This document shows, in pieces, positions 52,167 through 64,000 of a stretch of 64,000 bases of DNA. The number at the start of each line of letters is the position of its first letter. Position 1 is the stretch's first letter. The position numbers were made by a program, and so were the translations under genes. This DNA is from the human T2T-CHM13v2.0 reference genome, Homo sapiens. The DNA lies in NCBI RefSeq assembly GCF_009914755.1, contig NC_060936.1, one strand, 5' to 3'. The notes under the pieces were generated by a model. The model was not told where the DNA came from and ran no database searches. It worked only from the letters and a program-made list of their open reading frames with translations.

Positions 52167-52436
52167 TCACACATTGGTGTGCTGAGAGCCTGACGACATC
52201 ATGCTGCCCAGCTGGCTTTGGCCTGAAGGTGCTGAGCTGGCTGCCCGGCTCCTGCTTCGATCCCCACCTCCTGGGCTCCTCAGAGCCGGCTCATCCATCA
52301 GCTTGAGCTTCTCATGCTCCTCTTTCAGGAAGAAATCCACTAATAAGCTCTTCTCTTTCTTGATCTGGTCGCTGATGTCCGTGGGGATGTCTGGAATCAT
52401 CCAGTCCACGAGGACGCTCAGGAACATCACGAGGTT
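52167..52436 (-). CDS. ANO2: ANO2 last exon, coding part (89 aa + TGA): second half of the last TM helix and cytoplasmic C-terminus ending in PDZ-binding -TNV
   Basis: Translates [89 protein letters not shown]. The anoctamin 'DW.IPD.P' signature is present. Acceptor tttttgcag|AAC has its AG at 52437-52438 (phase 0); TGA is at 52167-52169. Confidence 0.97.
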   Translation of the reverse strand, partial: NLVMFLSVLVDWMIPDIPTDISDQIKKEKSLLVDFFLKEEHEKLKLMDEPALRSPGGGDRSRSRAASSAPSGQSQLGSMMSSGSQHTNV

Positions 52437-54425
52437 CTGCAAAAAGCCAAGGAGAGAGGGGCTGAGTTGGAGAGGCCCGGCCTGGGGAGGTGGCGGCCCT
52501 GGAGCAGAATGCCTCTGTGTCAATCCTGGCTTTGCAACTTACCAGCCCAGTGATCGCAACCAGTGAGCATAACTCTACCTTGGTGTCCTCACCCATAAAA
52601 TGGAGCGGAAACACTGCCTACCCTGGAGTGGTTGTCAGGATGAAACGGGTTCATACATGTGGAGCATCTGCCGCAGTGCCTGGCACAGAGCAGGACTCCA
52701 TCAGTAGTAGTTACTGCTTCTCCCCTTCCCCAGGACTTGTGCCCCCACACCATCTTCAGAGTGTTCCCATGTGTCCAGTTCTTGCTTCTTGGCCTCTAAG
52801 CCTCCAGGCCCTCCCTGCTTTAGAAAATGGAAAGTGGCTTTCTAGCAAGTGGTCACAAAGCCCAGTGGCTTCTCCTGGGCTGTCACGGTGCCACTTGTTC
52901 CTCTCCTCCCTCCATCTGGCTCTCTCTATCCTCTACACTAGAGACGGACTTGAGGTTTTTGCCTTGACTTCGGGCCTTCACTGACCCAACCCACTGCTGA
53001 CATTCACCTTATACCGGTCTCAGTCACTGCAGCCACCTCGGCTAACCCTGCCTGTCTGGGAACCCCTGCATCCAGCTTGCCCCGATTGGGTCTAGGCTTT
53101 GGCACACACTTGCAGTGGACTTCCTCCTGGCTGCTAAGCCACATCCCTTTGCTGGTGCACACAGTAGGCTAGGACTACCTTTTCCCCAGAGCACTTACTG
53201 TCTCAATGAATGAATATAGGACAACAATGCCTGGCATGGCTCAATGAATGCATCTGATTCCCATCCATTTCCCCAGGCCACACTTCACCCAGCTTTACCC
53301 AACACACTCCTCCCATTGTGATACACTTCCCTGGCTGCCAGTTGCACGCTCACATGCCTTTTCCCCTCTGAGACTGGGACTGAGCCCTTGAACCCTACAT
53401 GTTCCTAGGGGTTCAGGGGAAGACACTGGGGACCAACTGCTGCTTCCAGAGGCTCCTGGGCATCTTGGGTGCTTGGGAGCTGCTTCACCAAGTCACACAC
53501 TCTTCCTCTGAATCCACTCCTTCCTGTGTGAGTGAAATGTGACATGTGACATACGGGAAAGTGAGGAGACTCCTGGGGGTGGGGCAGCAGGGGATGTCTG
53601 AGCGATCATTCAAACATATCGCCTCCATCTCTCCAGAGGAAGAATGGCTGTCTTCTTTAGGTGAAAGACTAGCCGATGGGCTTCTCCACTTTCTGGGCTG
53701 GGGTCTGGGGGCAGGATACTTTAGAGCCCCCCAGAGATCTGCCTTCAGGGAATACAAAAGCCTGAGGGAGCCAAAGAGAAAAGGATCTGGGCTCGTTCTC
53801 CAGCCCTGCTTGAAGACCGGGGGCACCCAGAGTGGGAATTGGGGGCCCTCGAGCTCAGAGAATCTCAGCGATGCAATTGGAGCTGTGGCTATTGTCCCAG
53901 ATAGGAATCACTGGGCTCGAGTTTGCTATTCATTCAGGGATGGCTCGATGGCTCTGGGGGCCCTTCTCACCAGATGTCTCAGTGGCTAAAACAACACTAA
54001 CAAAGGAGGGAGCCCAGAGTGCAAGAAGAAAGGTTCCAAACCTGAGCTCTTTCATGGCTGCAGAGATGAGATGGGGCTGTTTGTCTGCCCCAGGCTGGGA
54101 CTCTGGTTTCAATGGCCCTTTTCCTTTCTTTGCCTTAGGTTTAAACAGGAATCTATCTCCACCCTGCAACTTATTCCACATCTGTCTTGTAACCTTACAC
54201 TGTGTTTTATCCTCTGTCTGCAAAGTCCACCCATTAAAGAAAGCCCTCTCAAGAGTCCTCCTGCTTCAACCCGGAAAGGAGCCCTCACTTCTGCCTGCCA
54301 CACATGAAGCTTTCTTATGTCACAGAGTACCACCGGAACCTGGAGGTAGGTGCAAGCAATGAGTGCAGTGTCCTTACTCCTGCAGCCCGGATTCGAATGG
54401 GCTATTCCCTATCCCAGCAACTCAC
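52437..54425 (-). other. ANO2: ANO2 last intron (GT-AG)
   Basis: gtgag donor at 54421-54425 and cag acceptor at 52437-52439 on the minus strand. Confidence 0.93.
52520..52720 (+). mobile_element. MIR in the last ANO2 intron
   Basis: tcaatcctggctttgc...cctcacccataaaatgg...cagtgcctggcacagagcagg. Confidence 0.6.
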
Positions 54426-54531
54426 CTGGAAGATTATGACAAAAGCCAGACGGGCAGACAGAATAAACCAGTACTGTTTCGAAAACTCATAAGGGTTCGG
54501 GGCCCATGGCGGCTCTCGGTAATCCTTAAAC
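54426..54531 (-). CDS. ANO2: ANO2 penultimate coding exon (106 nt)
   Basis: The reverse complement reads tttgggcag|G TTT AAG GAT TAC CGA GAG CCG CCA TGG...ATC TTC CAG|gtgagt = (R)[35 protein letters not shown], the conserved anoctamin 'CRY.DYR.PP...ARLAFVI.F' block. The phase-0 donor joins in frame to the last exon. Not in the ORF track. Confidence 0.97.
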
Positions 54532-57004
54532 CTGCCCAAAGAGAAATGTGGTGTTAAGATCAGGAGCGCATGGAGAAAAGGGTGGTCATTCTCTGGGTGA
54601 AACCTCGAGGGCTGGCTGGAGCATCAGGCACGCATGCCCTTGGCATTGACTTGAGAAGCAGGGGGAAGTGGGGGGAATCTATGGCCTAACCAACAAATTT
54701 CCAAAAAGGACTAAAGTCCAAGAAAGCCAATGTCAGCCTAGAAATGTCCTAAAAAGACATTTCTACTACCCTCTCCAATAGCTCCCAAAGCTTACTTTGG
54801 TGTCAGGCATCAACTCCCAAAGGAGCCCAGGGCATCTGAGGGTAGTCCAGGCCAGTGGGTCCACCTGGGCCTCCCACTAGCCTGTGGCCTCTGTGTGGGT
54901 AGGGGAGACCCAGACACCCTGAATGGTGCTCTGCAGCCGGGGGGGTTGGGGAAGATGCAGACACCAGCAGGCAGTCTTGGGCTTCTTCCCCTTCCAGATG
55001 CTTCAGGACTACGGCCACTAGAGGGGCTGGCCTTGCTTCATGGCTGCATTCTTGAACCAAAAAGAAGGCTGATCCAGACCAAGCTGGAGGCTGAGTGAAT
55101 TTGGGATGGGAGGGTCATTAAGCATCACAGTTGATCAGTATTCTGTTTTGCTAATCATCTTCCTGATCTGTCTGCATGGTTTAAACTACAAAATGTTAAT
55201 GCCTGACGTGAGCTCATGCCTCTTTCTCAGACCCATAGAGAAGCCTTGGGTTTTCCCTCACCCTTGCCTTTTCACCCCCATCCCAGAATGATTCATGTGA
55301 ATACTAGCTCATTTTCTCAGACTCACATTTTTCTAAGCCTGGAAAAATGACAAGGGGCTGGTACCAGAACTATGACCCTTCCTGGAACAGTTTTCTCCAT
55401 GGAATTCAACAAATCTTTGCTCATCCTGGGCCAGAGAAAGAGGTGGGTGGTGTCAGGCCACCAAGCAATGATAGTGGCTGCCAAGGAAGGCAGGTAGGGA
55501 CTCTGCCCGGGTCAATCCCTGAGCAAAGGGTTTTTCTGGAAGGTTTCACATTTCATCTTCACGACAACATCCTCAGGCAGGCATTGTTACCCCAGCATAA
55601 CACAGGAGGAAACTGAGGCTTGGAGAAGTTGAAGTGTGTGGCCAGAGTCTCGTGACCAGTAAAGGTGGAGTCAGGGTAGGAATGCGAGTCTGGCTGAATC
55701 TAGGCTTTCTTCCCATTATCACAGGGCATCTTACCAGTGACCGCAGTTTAGGGGACATTCACAAGTAGGTGCTCTTTGGTCCCTTCTCCTGCCATAAATG
55801 AATTAGCTGCTCTAAAAGGTCCATGCAAAAGCTAGTTTGTTTTCCATTGTCCAAAGAGAGATGAGAGAAGAAGAGAAGAGAAAAAGAGGAAGAGAAAAAG
55901 AGACGCACACACAAAGATAAAAAAGAGCGCAGTGATAGAATCAGCAACAGAAAGACACAACTGAGAGGTGGACACTGGGGACTCGACTAGGGCTTGGCAG
56001 GAGGCCAGGAGCTACCCTCTCCCTGCCCGACTCCCCCTCTCCCAACAGCTGATCACAGCTGCCGCAAGCTTGGTTTGACATCCGGATGAAAAGCAAAGCT
56101 AACTGCAGCCCAGCAGAGCACCACGGGATTCATCATAACCGTCCTCAGCTGAGGACAGAAACATGGCCAGCTCCAGATTATCCTTGCTGATGGCAGAGAG
56201 GGAGAGCGTGGCTAAATGAATAAGAACATCTTGGGGTGGGAAAAACCTCAGACTCACCTATCCTCCCGTCGCCCCCAGACAGGACGCCATGGCAACAGCA
56301 ATTTATCTCACTCTTCTAGAGACCTCCAGAGAAGGGTGCCACACACACATACACACACTCACATGTGTGCACACACGCACACTCCTTACCATGGGGAAAT
56401 CCTTCCCTGGGTTCAGCCCAATCCCTACTGCTACAATGAAAGTCCATTTCTCTTGTTCTCTAGCTGCATCTCTGCAGGAACAGCTGCTCACTGACCTCGG
56501 TATGCGAGCCACTGCTCACCCCTCTTTTTTCCAGTCTGAAAAGAATCCATAAATAATCTAATTCTGGTTCCACCTCTGCTATTAACTCACCCCAGCTTTT
56601 GGAAATGTCACTTTGTCCTCCCTCAGTGTCTAAAACATGTTTTAAGTTTAACAAGCATATCCATCTAATTGAGGATCTTCAGAAAGACTAACACAGAGAT
56701 CTGTTCAGAAAACTCTACTTGAAAATAGCTCGATGCAGATAGGCTAAGTGTAGCTCCGTTAGGAACTGATGGTAAGCCATGCCACAGAAAAGAACAGTGA
56801 GCAATTTAATATTCATCTGTTCACATTTCTTTCCAAAGCTAACTTTATAAAAACTATGACCTACAGTGAGAAATACATTTTACATTCATGCACATACACA
56901 GACTGCAATAAAAATTACACAAAACATACTTTGTTGTGTGCAATGCACTAGAATGCACTAGTATTTTCCTATTCTACTCTATCTGATCCTAACCCACCCT
57001 ATGC

Positions 57005-57264
57005 TTTTTTTTTTTTTTTTTTTTTGAGATGGAGTCTCGCTCTGTCGCCCAGGCTGGAGTGCAGGAACGTGATCTCGGCTCACTGCAACCTCCGCCTCCC
57101 AGGTTCACGCCATTCTCCTGCCTCAGCCTCAGTCCCTCAGCTGGGACTACAGGCGCCCGCCACCACACCCGGCTAATTTTTTGTATTTTTAGTAGAGACG
57201 TGGTTTCACTGTGTTAGCCAAGATGGTCTCGATCTCCTGACCTCCTGATCCGCCCGTGCTGGCC
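57005..57264 (-). mobile_element. AluY-like, lacking the first ~45 nt
   Basis: T tail, then the body ends at ...ccgcccgtgctggcc. 16-bp TSD aacccaccctat(g/t)ctt at 56991-57006 and 57265-57280. Confidence 0.9.
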
Positions 57265-60200
57265 AACCCACCCTATTCTTCAAAATGCCGATCATGACCC
57301 ACTAAAGTGATTTCATAATTCACTAATGAACCATGACTCATAGTTTGAAAAACCTTGATTCTCCTAAGCCCCTACCACCAGGTAAATGACTCGTTGTTTA
57401 CATTCCAACAGTAAGTTCAGATTTCACAATTGTTTTTAAATTTTACCCTAAGAAGTCGGGCTTATCAAATGTTTCACTGAGTAACTTAGAAGACACTAAT
57501 TAAACAAAGAGACAATTAGCTTTAAGAATAGAAGTGTTCACCAAAGAGAGTGGCTAATCAACCGAATAATTTCCACCACCGTGATGCTGCGTGTTTTGTT
57601 TCTAAACCCAGTGCTTAGCACTGGCGACAGTTCGTGCTTTGGAGGTAGCAGGTGAGGGGTTGAAAGCCCTGTCCAGCACTGTCGTTCTCTGTCCTCTTGC
57701 AAGTTACCTAACCTTCTGATGCCCAGCTTTCTCATCTATAAAGTGGGCCTGAACTTTCCATCACAGAGTTGTTCTGAAGACGGAGGGTCAACGCCGAGTG
57801 CTCCGCACACTATCTGGCCCATCAGAGGAACCCAATAAATAGCAACTATTCTTTCTCTTTTTACTGGAGGTTACTTATGGAATACACCTTTTCTGTTAAA
57901 AGAGGACAGAGCATGTAGACCACGGCTTCCAGTTCCTCCTAGCTTTCCAGAAGGATTTTTGAACATGTAAGCACTAAATGCTGCAAGTTTTAGTGCAAAT
58001 CAGGAGTCAGCCAAGGGCACAGCCATACAGGGCTTCTCTCAGGACCTCTGTCCAGGTAAATAGCATGAAATGGGCAAGTGCTGGCTGGTGGGTGGAGGCT
58101 GCCAGACAGCTCCACAACAGACCCGTTCCCATGGCTTGGGGAGCTCGGGCCTCCCAAAGTCCCACTGAGTTCCCCAGCACTGGGTGAGCCCCCACAACTG
58201 GTCAGCCTCCTGCAGCTGCCAGCCGTGGCCCCCAAAGAGAAGCAGAGTTTTATCCCCAGCATATTATTTTAGGGATGTTCCTGGATCTCACCCTCACCCC
58301 TCCAGTCCTCCTTCATTTTCCTTGAGGCTTAAATAACATAAATTTTGAGAGTTCCCCTGAGTTTTCTAATAAGGAGAGACTTCCAATAATGAGACAACTA
58401 GCCTGTCTAAAAAGCTAGTCTGCACCTGGAGCAGCTATGCCACTTACTACCTGTAAGAGACCGAGGAAGTCATTCCCCATTTCCGAACCTAGGTCCCTGA
58501 TCTACAGAGTGGAACTCCCAAAATGTGTATCCCAGCGCTGAGCATAGAGGAGCTGTCTCAATCCCAGCCAGGAGTGAATAATAGATGTGTGTGCGTGTGT
58601 GTCTGCTTGTGTGTATACCTTGCATTTTAAAGAAAGACACTGTGAGAATTAAATAAGACAATCTAGGTGAATATGATTTCCGGAGCTTTTGCAGAAAATG
58701 AACACAACAGTTTCTTCTGGGATAGAACAGCTGGGGTGGGGGCTGAGAAGTGACACTTTTCTTCTTATATACATACACAATATGTGTCTATGAAATTAAT
58801 TACTTTTACAATTAAAAAGTTCAAAATGGTAAAAGATGAATGTAATTAATGGCAATACACAGTTGATTCAAGTACATTTTTATAGTAAGCTTTCCTGAGC
58901 AAAATTATGTTAATTTGAACAGACTCATATAATAAATGAAAGTGATACAGAAATCAACATTATGTTTTAGCTTTAAAATTATGTTAATATTTTATCTAGA
59001 TTGTTCTAACTTTGTGAAAACTCACATTGATTGAATTGAGTTTGTACATGACTTAAATAAGATTTCCATTAACTCAAAATATATTTCATTATAAAACAAA
59101 CCCATGAAACAATACCTTAAAAGTCCTACAAGTTAATACTATGTTAATGCATAGAAAAATGCCTAGAGAACATTCACCCGTAAGTATCACCCTATTACTG
59201 TTGGAAGGATGCCTGGGGTTGGGCAGGGGTTAGGGTGGAGGCAAAACAGAGGTGGAGTGGTTACCTGTAATGTTTAGAATTTTTGTAGAACTAGATTAAT
59301 AAATGACATGCCATTAAACCTGAAGTTTAAAAAAAAAAAAGAAAAGAATCTTTGAAGATTTTTTATTCCAAAGTCTCCATTTTTACAGATGAAAAAACTG
59401 AGGTACAGAGAGGAGAGAGACTCAGGGCTCAGATGTCCTCATCCTGTCCTCACTTGCAGGGTGACTAGTGACAGTGACATCTGCCACAATTCATCACAAC
59501 ACAAAATCACTGTGGGCAGGGACAGTGCTGAAGTCAACGATCAGTAACAGCTTTTTAATGAGCTTTTGTTATGTAATGAATCAGCTAGTAAATGCATTTC
59601 TCAACTCCAAATAGTGGCATGTAAAAAACATTTTAGTAGCCCCAGTGGAAATTAATGTCATGTTAATGCTGAACACAACTACATACAATATTTTCATACC
59701 ATCTGAGCTACTTAAAACTGCCTCCTGGAATTGACCCTTAACAAAGGAAAACAGTACAGGCAATTAGGAACTAATGAGTAGCATGTCAATCCAGTGGTTG
59801 ATAAGAATCAGGAAATGTGGCACCCAGAAAAGCTAACAGCCTCTGGTTTCGGTGGGAAGCAGATGGGAGGCAGCCATGGGCTGGAAGGGAGCACCCCTCT
59901 TCAAAGACTTTTGTCAGGATACGGGGTGTGCAAGCCCTTAGGACCTGCAGGAAAACCTGGCAGAAGCCATCCACAGAAGCTGCTGCTGGATGCTCAACAA
60001 ACACCTCCAAGCAGACCCGCTGGGTTGACAATGCCCAGGTAGGCTCTTCGAGCTCTGAGACAAGATATCTATGCTCCCTTCCAGCTGAGCTGGGAAGTCA
60101 AGCCTACATCCGTCCTCCAGGACGTGGCGGCCCTTCGACCCTGTCAAATGCTGCTAATCATGCCTGCAGATTGATGTCACGGGACTGTTTACGGAGCAGC

Positions 60201-63200
60201 CCTGCCAGAGCAGTCAGATGACAGAGGCAAGCATCGCTCCAAAATGCTGGGAATGCATCTCAAACGGGCAGCCGGAGACTTGTGCTAACTTTTATTGCTA
60301 TTTTTAAGATACCTCTATCCCTGGCGAGGCTGGGTTGGAGTCGGAGACCTCAGTTTTATTTGACCACATTTATCTCCAGAGGTCACTGAAAGCTAAGAAT
60401 AAGAAGGGTCAACAAGTTCCCAACGCTATTTGCCAGAAAATCATGGCAAACCTTGTTTCCCACCACGGAAGCAGTTTTAACTGGCTCTAGGACTAGCTGA
60501 AGAGTTATCTCTGTTTCTCAAAATACTTCTCTATCATAGTCCCTTCTCCTCCTCCTCCCCTCTCTCTTTCTTCTCTCTCTCTCTCTCTCTTCCATGTACA
60601 CATATATGTATACGGAATTATCTCAAGGATCTCAATTCCTGACTTAGAAAGACATCCATAGAGGTTATGCCTCTGCTTTCTAAATCTCCAGAGAATTGAG
60701 TGACCCAGTCAAGTTCACACAGCAGGCAGTGGATAGGACTCATATGAGGCAGAGATTTCCATCAACAACCCTTATCAATCTAGGAAACGCAGCCCCCAGA
60801 GCACACCTATTTGACATATTATGTCTAGATCACATGCTGACCTTATTTTCTGAACATCTACCTACATTTCACAGTAGGGCATCTCTTTATGTTAAACATA
60901 ACCCTCAGTGTAACCCAATAGTCTTCACACTGTAGGCAGAGATGTAACACCAATAAAAAGCTTGATCTCATCACTGCCCTCTGAAACCCCTACAGTGGTA
61001 CCCTGTGGCCCTAAGAGAGACTCCACGCACCTCAACAGGACCAGCATCCTCTCCTTAATATGGAGTTTGTTTTTTTCTTTCAGCCTCCTCTCTCATAGCT
61101 TACCCCTCTCACCTGAGCCTGTCTCCCTGGAATACAGTGTTCTCTCGGAACCTCCATCACTACCTGACACACCCCTTGCTGCCCCATGACCTACCACCCT
61201 CCCCACCCCACTTACCAGCCAGGCTGACATGGCCACATGAGTGAGGAGTTTCAATGTGATTGTCTCCATGGCCATTCTTGTACTGTTCATTCTTCAGGTT
61301 TCATCTCCCTTGAAAATCCCCTAAACACTTAAGTCTGTGTTAGGTGCAGGGCCTCCCTCCTTAGGGATCCCTTAGCTCTCTGCTGTTGCCCTATTGTCAA
61401 TCATTAAAGCTGTATTTTAATTTTAATTCCTTGTTTACTTATTGTCTGCTCCATCTAGAGTTCTTGAGGGATGCACTATATCTCGCTCCCTATTATACAA
61501 CCAATGCCAAGCCTTTAGTAGGGTCTCAAAAATATTTGCCTAATGAATCTGTAATCCTCACTGGTACTGAGAGAGGAAGGAAAAATGATGGATGCTTCAA
61601 AGTCACTTCAGCTTGATCTTGGGATGATTTATTTTCTGCAAATAAATTTTCTTGGCAGAAATATAGAATGAAAGTGCACTTTCTATGCATGTGCCCACTG
61701 ATAATTCTGCCACTCGGTGTCAGATTTTTTTCTAAAACGGGCCACAAACAAGCCATGATCTTATCTACTTGCATGGGAATAATGGGGAGACAACTATCAG
61801 AGCCTTATAGCTGGCCGGAAAATCCAGTGACTCTGAAGGCAGATACAAGAAAGCTCAATCTGATCCACACATATTCACAATACCTGGTGTCCTGGGCATT
61901 GGTTGTTTTGGCTGAGTAGCACCCATTTGCCTTATTTCTCACCACAGTTCCTGGCAATCATACGGAACTTAAAAACACAGTCAACATTGACTGCAGTGGA
62001 ACTGGGAGGTGGGCAGAGACTGGATTTGGGCAGACTGGATTGAATGAAAACTTGCCTAAGATTAGATCTACCTTCAACTTCCCATAGGGACCATTAAAAT
62101 TCCTATTGATTTAAGCCTGTTTCACCAGTGATATACCTGAAAAGCATATTCATAGGTGTTAGTGGAAAATCCAATGGTCAAGGGCAAGATCAGAGACCCT
62201 TGTGCTCTGAGGACAAGTGCTTCTAGAGCAACTAAAGAAACAGACGATGTGAGCCTGGCTTTCCCACACGACAAGTCACACTGGTGCTGCCTCCCATTGG
62301 ACACGGAGGTGGAGACCTGCGCTCTTAGAGAGATGTGAGCTTTAGACCCTGCTTTGAGAAGACCTAGATGCTACTGGAAAGGCCTCGAGCTGGTCCAGAC
62401 CCTCTGTGCTGTGGAACTATGTCGCTGGGGTCTGCAGACCCAAGTCCAGCACCATGGACAGACAGTCTAGCATGTCAGCCATGCAGAGGGGCCCCCAGGC
62501 AGTGCATAGCCTGGCAGCAAATCTGCCTGCAATGTGATTTTAGTATGAGAGTCAGACTCTTTATAGGCCCAGATGCGAAAAATCCTGAAACATCTAGGCT
62601 AATATAAATTGACACTTATGAGTAAATTTATTCATCAATTCTTGTGTCTGGTTCCTCATTTTTTATCTTTTCTTGGTTGACGACAGTGGAACCCTGAAGT
62701 TGTTGTTCCTGGAACTGGAATACCCTTCTATTTAAACCATAGATTGGTACAGTTGTTTAACTCAGCCACCCAGGTTGGGAAAACCAATTGGTGTTCTCTC
62801 GTTCATGGTCTCAGACCACAAATCTGAACCTATGTGGCTGTCTTACGAAAGGCTGGCCTTGGGCACCAAGCATGGCAGACATGCCCAGGGTCATCACTGC
62901 TGCCAACACAACTGAAAACACAGCTTTTACATCAAATATTATTGGGGATGGTCTAAGAAAGCCCTATGTTGGTCCCACAATACCTTCTCTTAGGTTTTTG
63001 TTATTGGTGTAATTAACTATTCTGATTTATATATATGAGGTAGGATCTTTGGTCAAGTGCTTTATTGGGACTATCTTTTAACCAGGGTACAAATGGGTTG
63101 AATAAATTATTCCCCTCTGCTCTTATTCTCTTCATTTGCCCTTCTTGGGTAAATAGTGGAGAGTTTTCCATTTCTTGGCTTCAGTGACCCCAGTGCTGAT

Positions 63201-63349
63201 GGCCTTCAATCAGGACTCTAAGTTGGACGTCTCCAGAAGTCCAGCTTAGTGTGTCAAGGAGTTGGGTGAAAATGACCTCTTGGATTTCTTAACATCGTTT
63301 TAAATGTAACATGATTGAAATCAAATTCATCATATGTAGCATAAAATTA

Positions 63350-64000
63350 GACTCTCTCAGCATATTCCCTCTCCCTATCAATGTAACCACATCCCAGTCC
63401 TCTGACTTCAGTCCAAGCTTTGGAGATAATCCTAGCTCAGCCACTCTCCTATGTCTACTGTCACCAACTCTGCAATATTTCATGTGAAATAGCTCATCTT
63501 CTCCTCTCCTCTTAATTCCTCCCGCCACCCTGGTTTATGCCCAGCACAGTTCATGTCTAAATGATGCAGCAGCCCAGCTGCGCTCCCTGGGTCCTACCAA
63601 CTCTAGCCCATTGTCCTCACTGAGAACAGATCAATTTCTCTAAACCTTCCCTTTATCCTATCATTCCCTGACACTAAAAAAGTCCAGTGTCTTCCTATTG
63701 CATCACATTCTAATTCCCGTTAGATTTCAGGACTTCCCATTATGTACTTTATCCCATCTCTTCAAATTCAACAACCTTTTGGCTTATGCTGGTGTAGGAG
63801 TTTCTACATTTACTGTATTTCCTTTATTAATCCCTTTACTGTGTCTCCTTGCTAACCATATCACCTAGCACCAAGTCTTTATCCAACAGCCCACATTTGT
63901 CCCCACCCCATGACTTTGCCCATGACGACTCCCCACCTAGAATGTTTTTCTTTTCTCTCTTACAACACCTAGCTGCCCCTCCAGGAGGCCCACCCTTTCC
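63350..64000 (+). mobile_element. L2 fragment
   Basis: ccctatcaatgtaaccacatccc...ccaccctggttta...cactaaaaaagtcca...ctttgcccatga...ccacctagaatgtt. Confidence 0.55.

Larger units (their letters stand above)
54532..64000 (-). other. ANO2: ANO2 intron (continues beyond the window)
   Basis: Acceptor cag at 54532-54534. No further anoctamin-like coding sequence was recognised up to 64000. Confidence 0.8.

Noticed and set aside
52437-52523. N-terminal 29 aa of the 118-aa ORF 52167-52523 (MTQRHSAP...GFLQ)
   Set aside because: This is intronic read-through upstream of the splice acceptor at 52437-52438. The true upstream sequence is the 54426-54531 exon.
55013-55030. Second CTCF-like motif GGCCACTAGAGGGGCT
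   Set aside because: It mismatches at the conserved C of the GGC core, so it is too weak to call without ChIP data.

Overview
This window is primate (very probably human) genomic DNA containing the 3' end of ANO2 (anoctamin-2/TMEM16B, a Ca2+-activated Cl- channel) on the minus strand. Two coding exons are readable. The penultimate exon (54426-54531) gives (R)FKDYREPPW...LAFVIIFQ. The last coding segment (52167-52436) gives NLVMFL...SQHTNV*, followed by a ~640-nt 3'UTR ending at tandem AATAAA signals (51542-51552) with a GU-rich downstream element. Positions 54532-64000 are ANO2 intron. Positions 1-~51500 lie downstream of ANO2; in human this is the chr12p13.31 interval towards NTF3 (from general knowledge, since NTF3 itself is not in the window). 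That region is mostly old and nested transposable elements: L2, MIR, L1M/L1PB, Alu/FAM, MaLR/ERV LTRs, an HERV-K LTR5 solo LTR, and hAT and Tigger DNA transposons. Repeat subfamily names were assigned by eye from remembered consensus sequences and need RepeatMasker/Dfam confirmation. Almost all ORFs in the supplied track are spurious or decayed L1 fragments. I find no support for a wholly new multi-gene system. The best second-look items are: a candidate distal in-phase alternative ANO2 exon behind an orphan T33 tract; a twin-primed 5'-inverted L1 splitting a Tigger element; an Alu insertion with a ~200-bp target deletion; several templated-insertion repair scars, including at the LTR5 3' end; a hAT element with its transposase tail in inverted duplicate; and a strong CTCF+ETS site.
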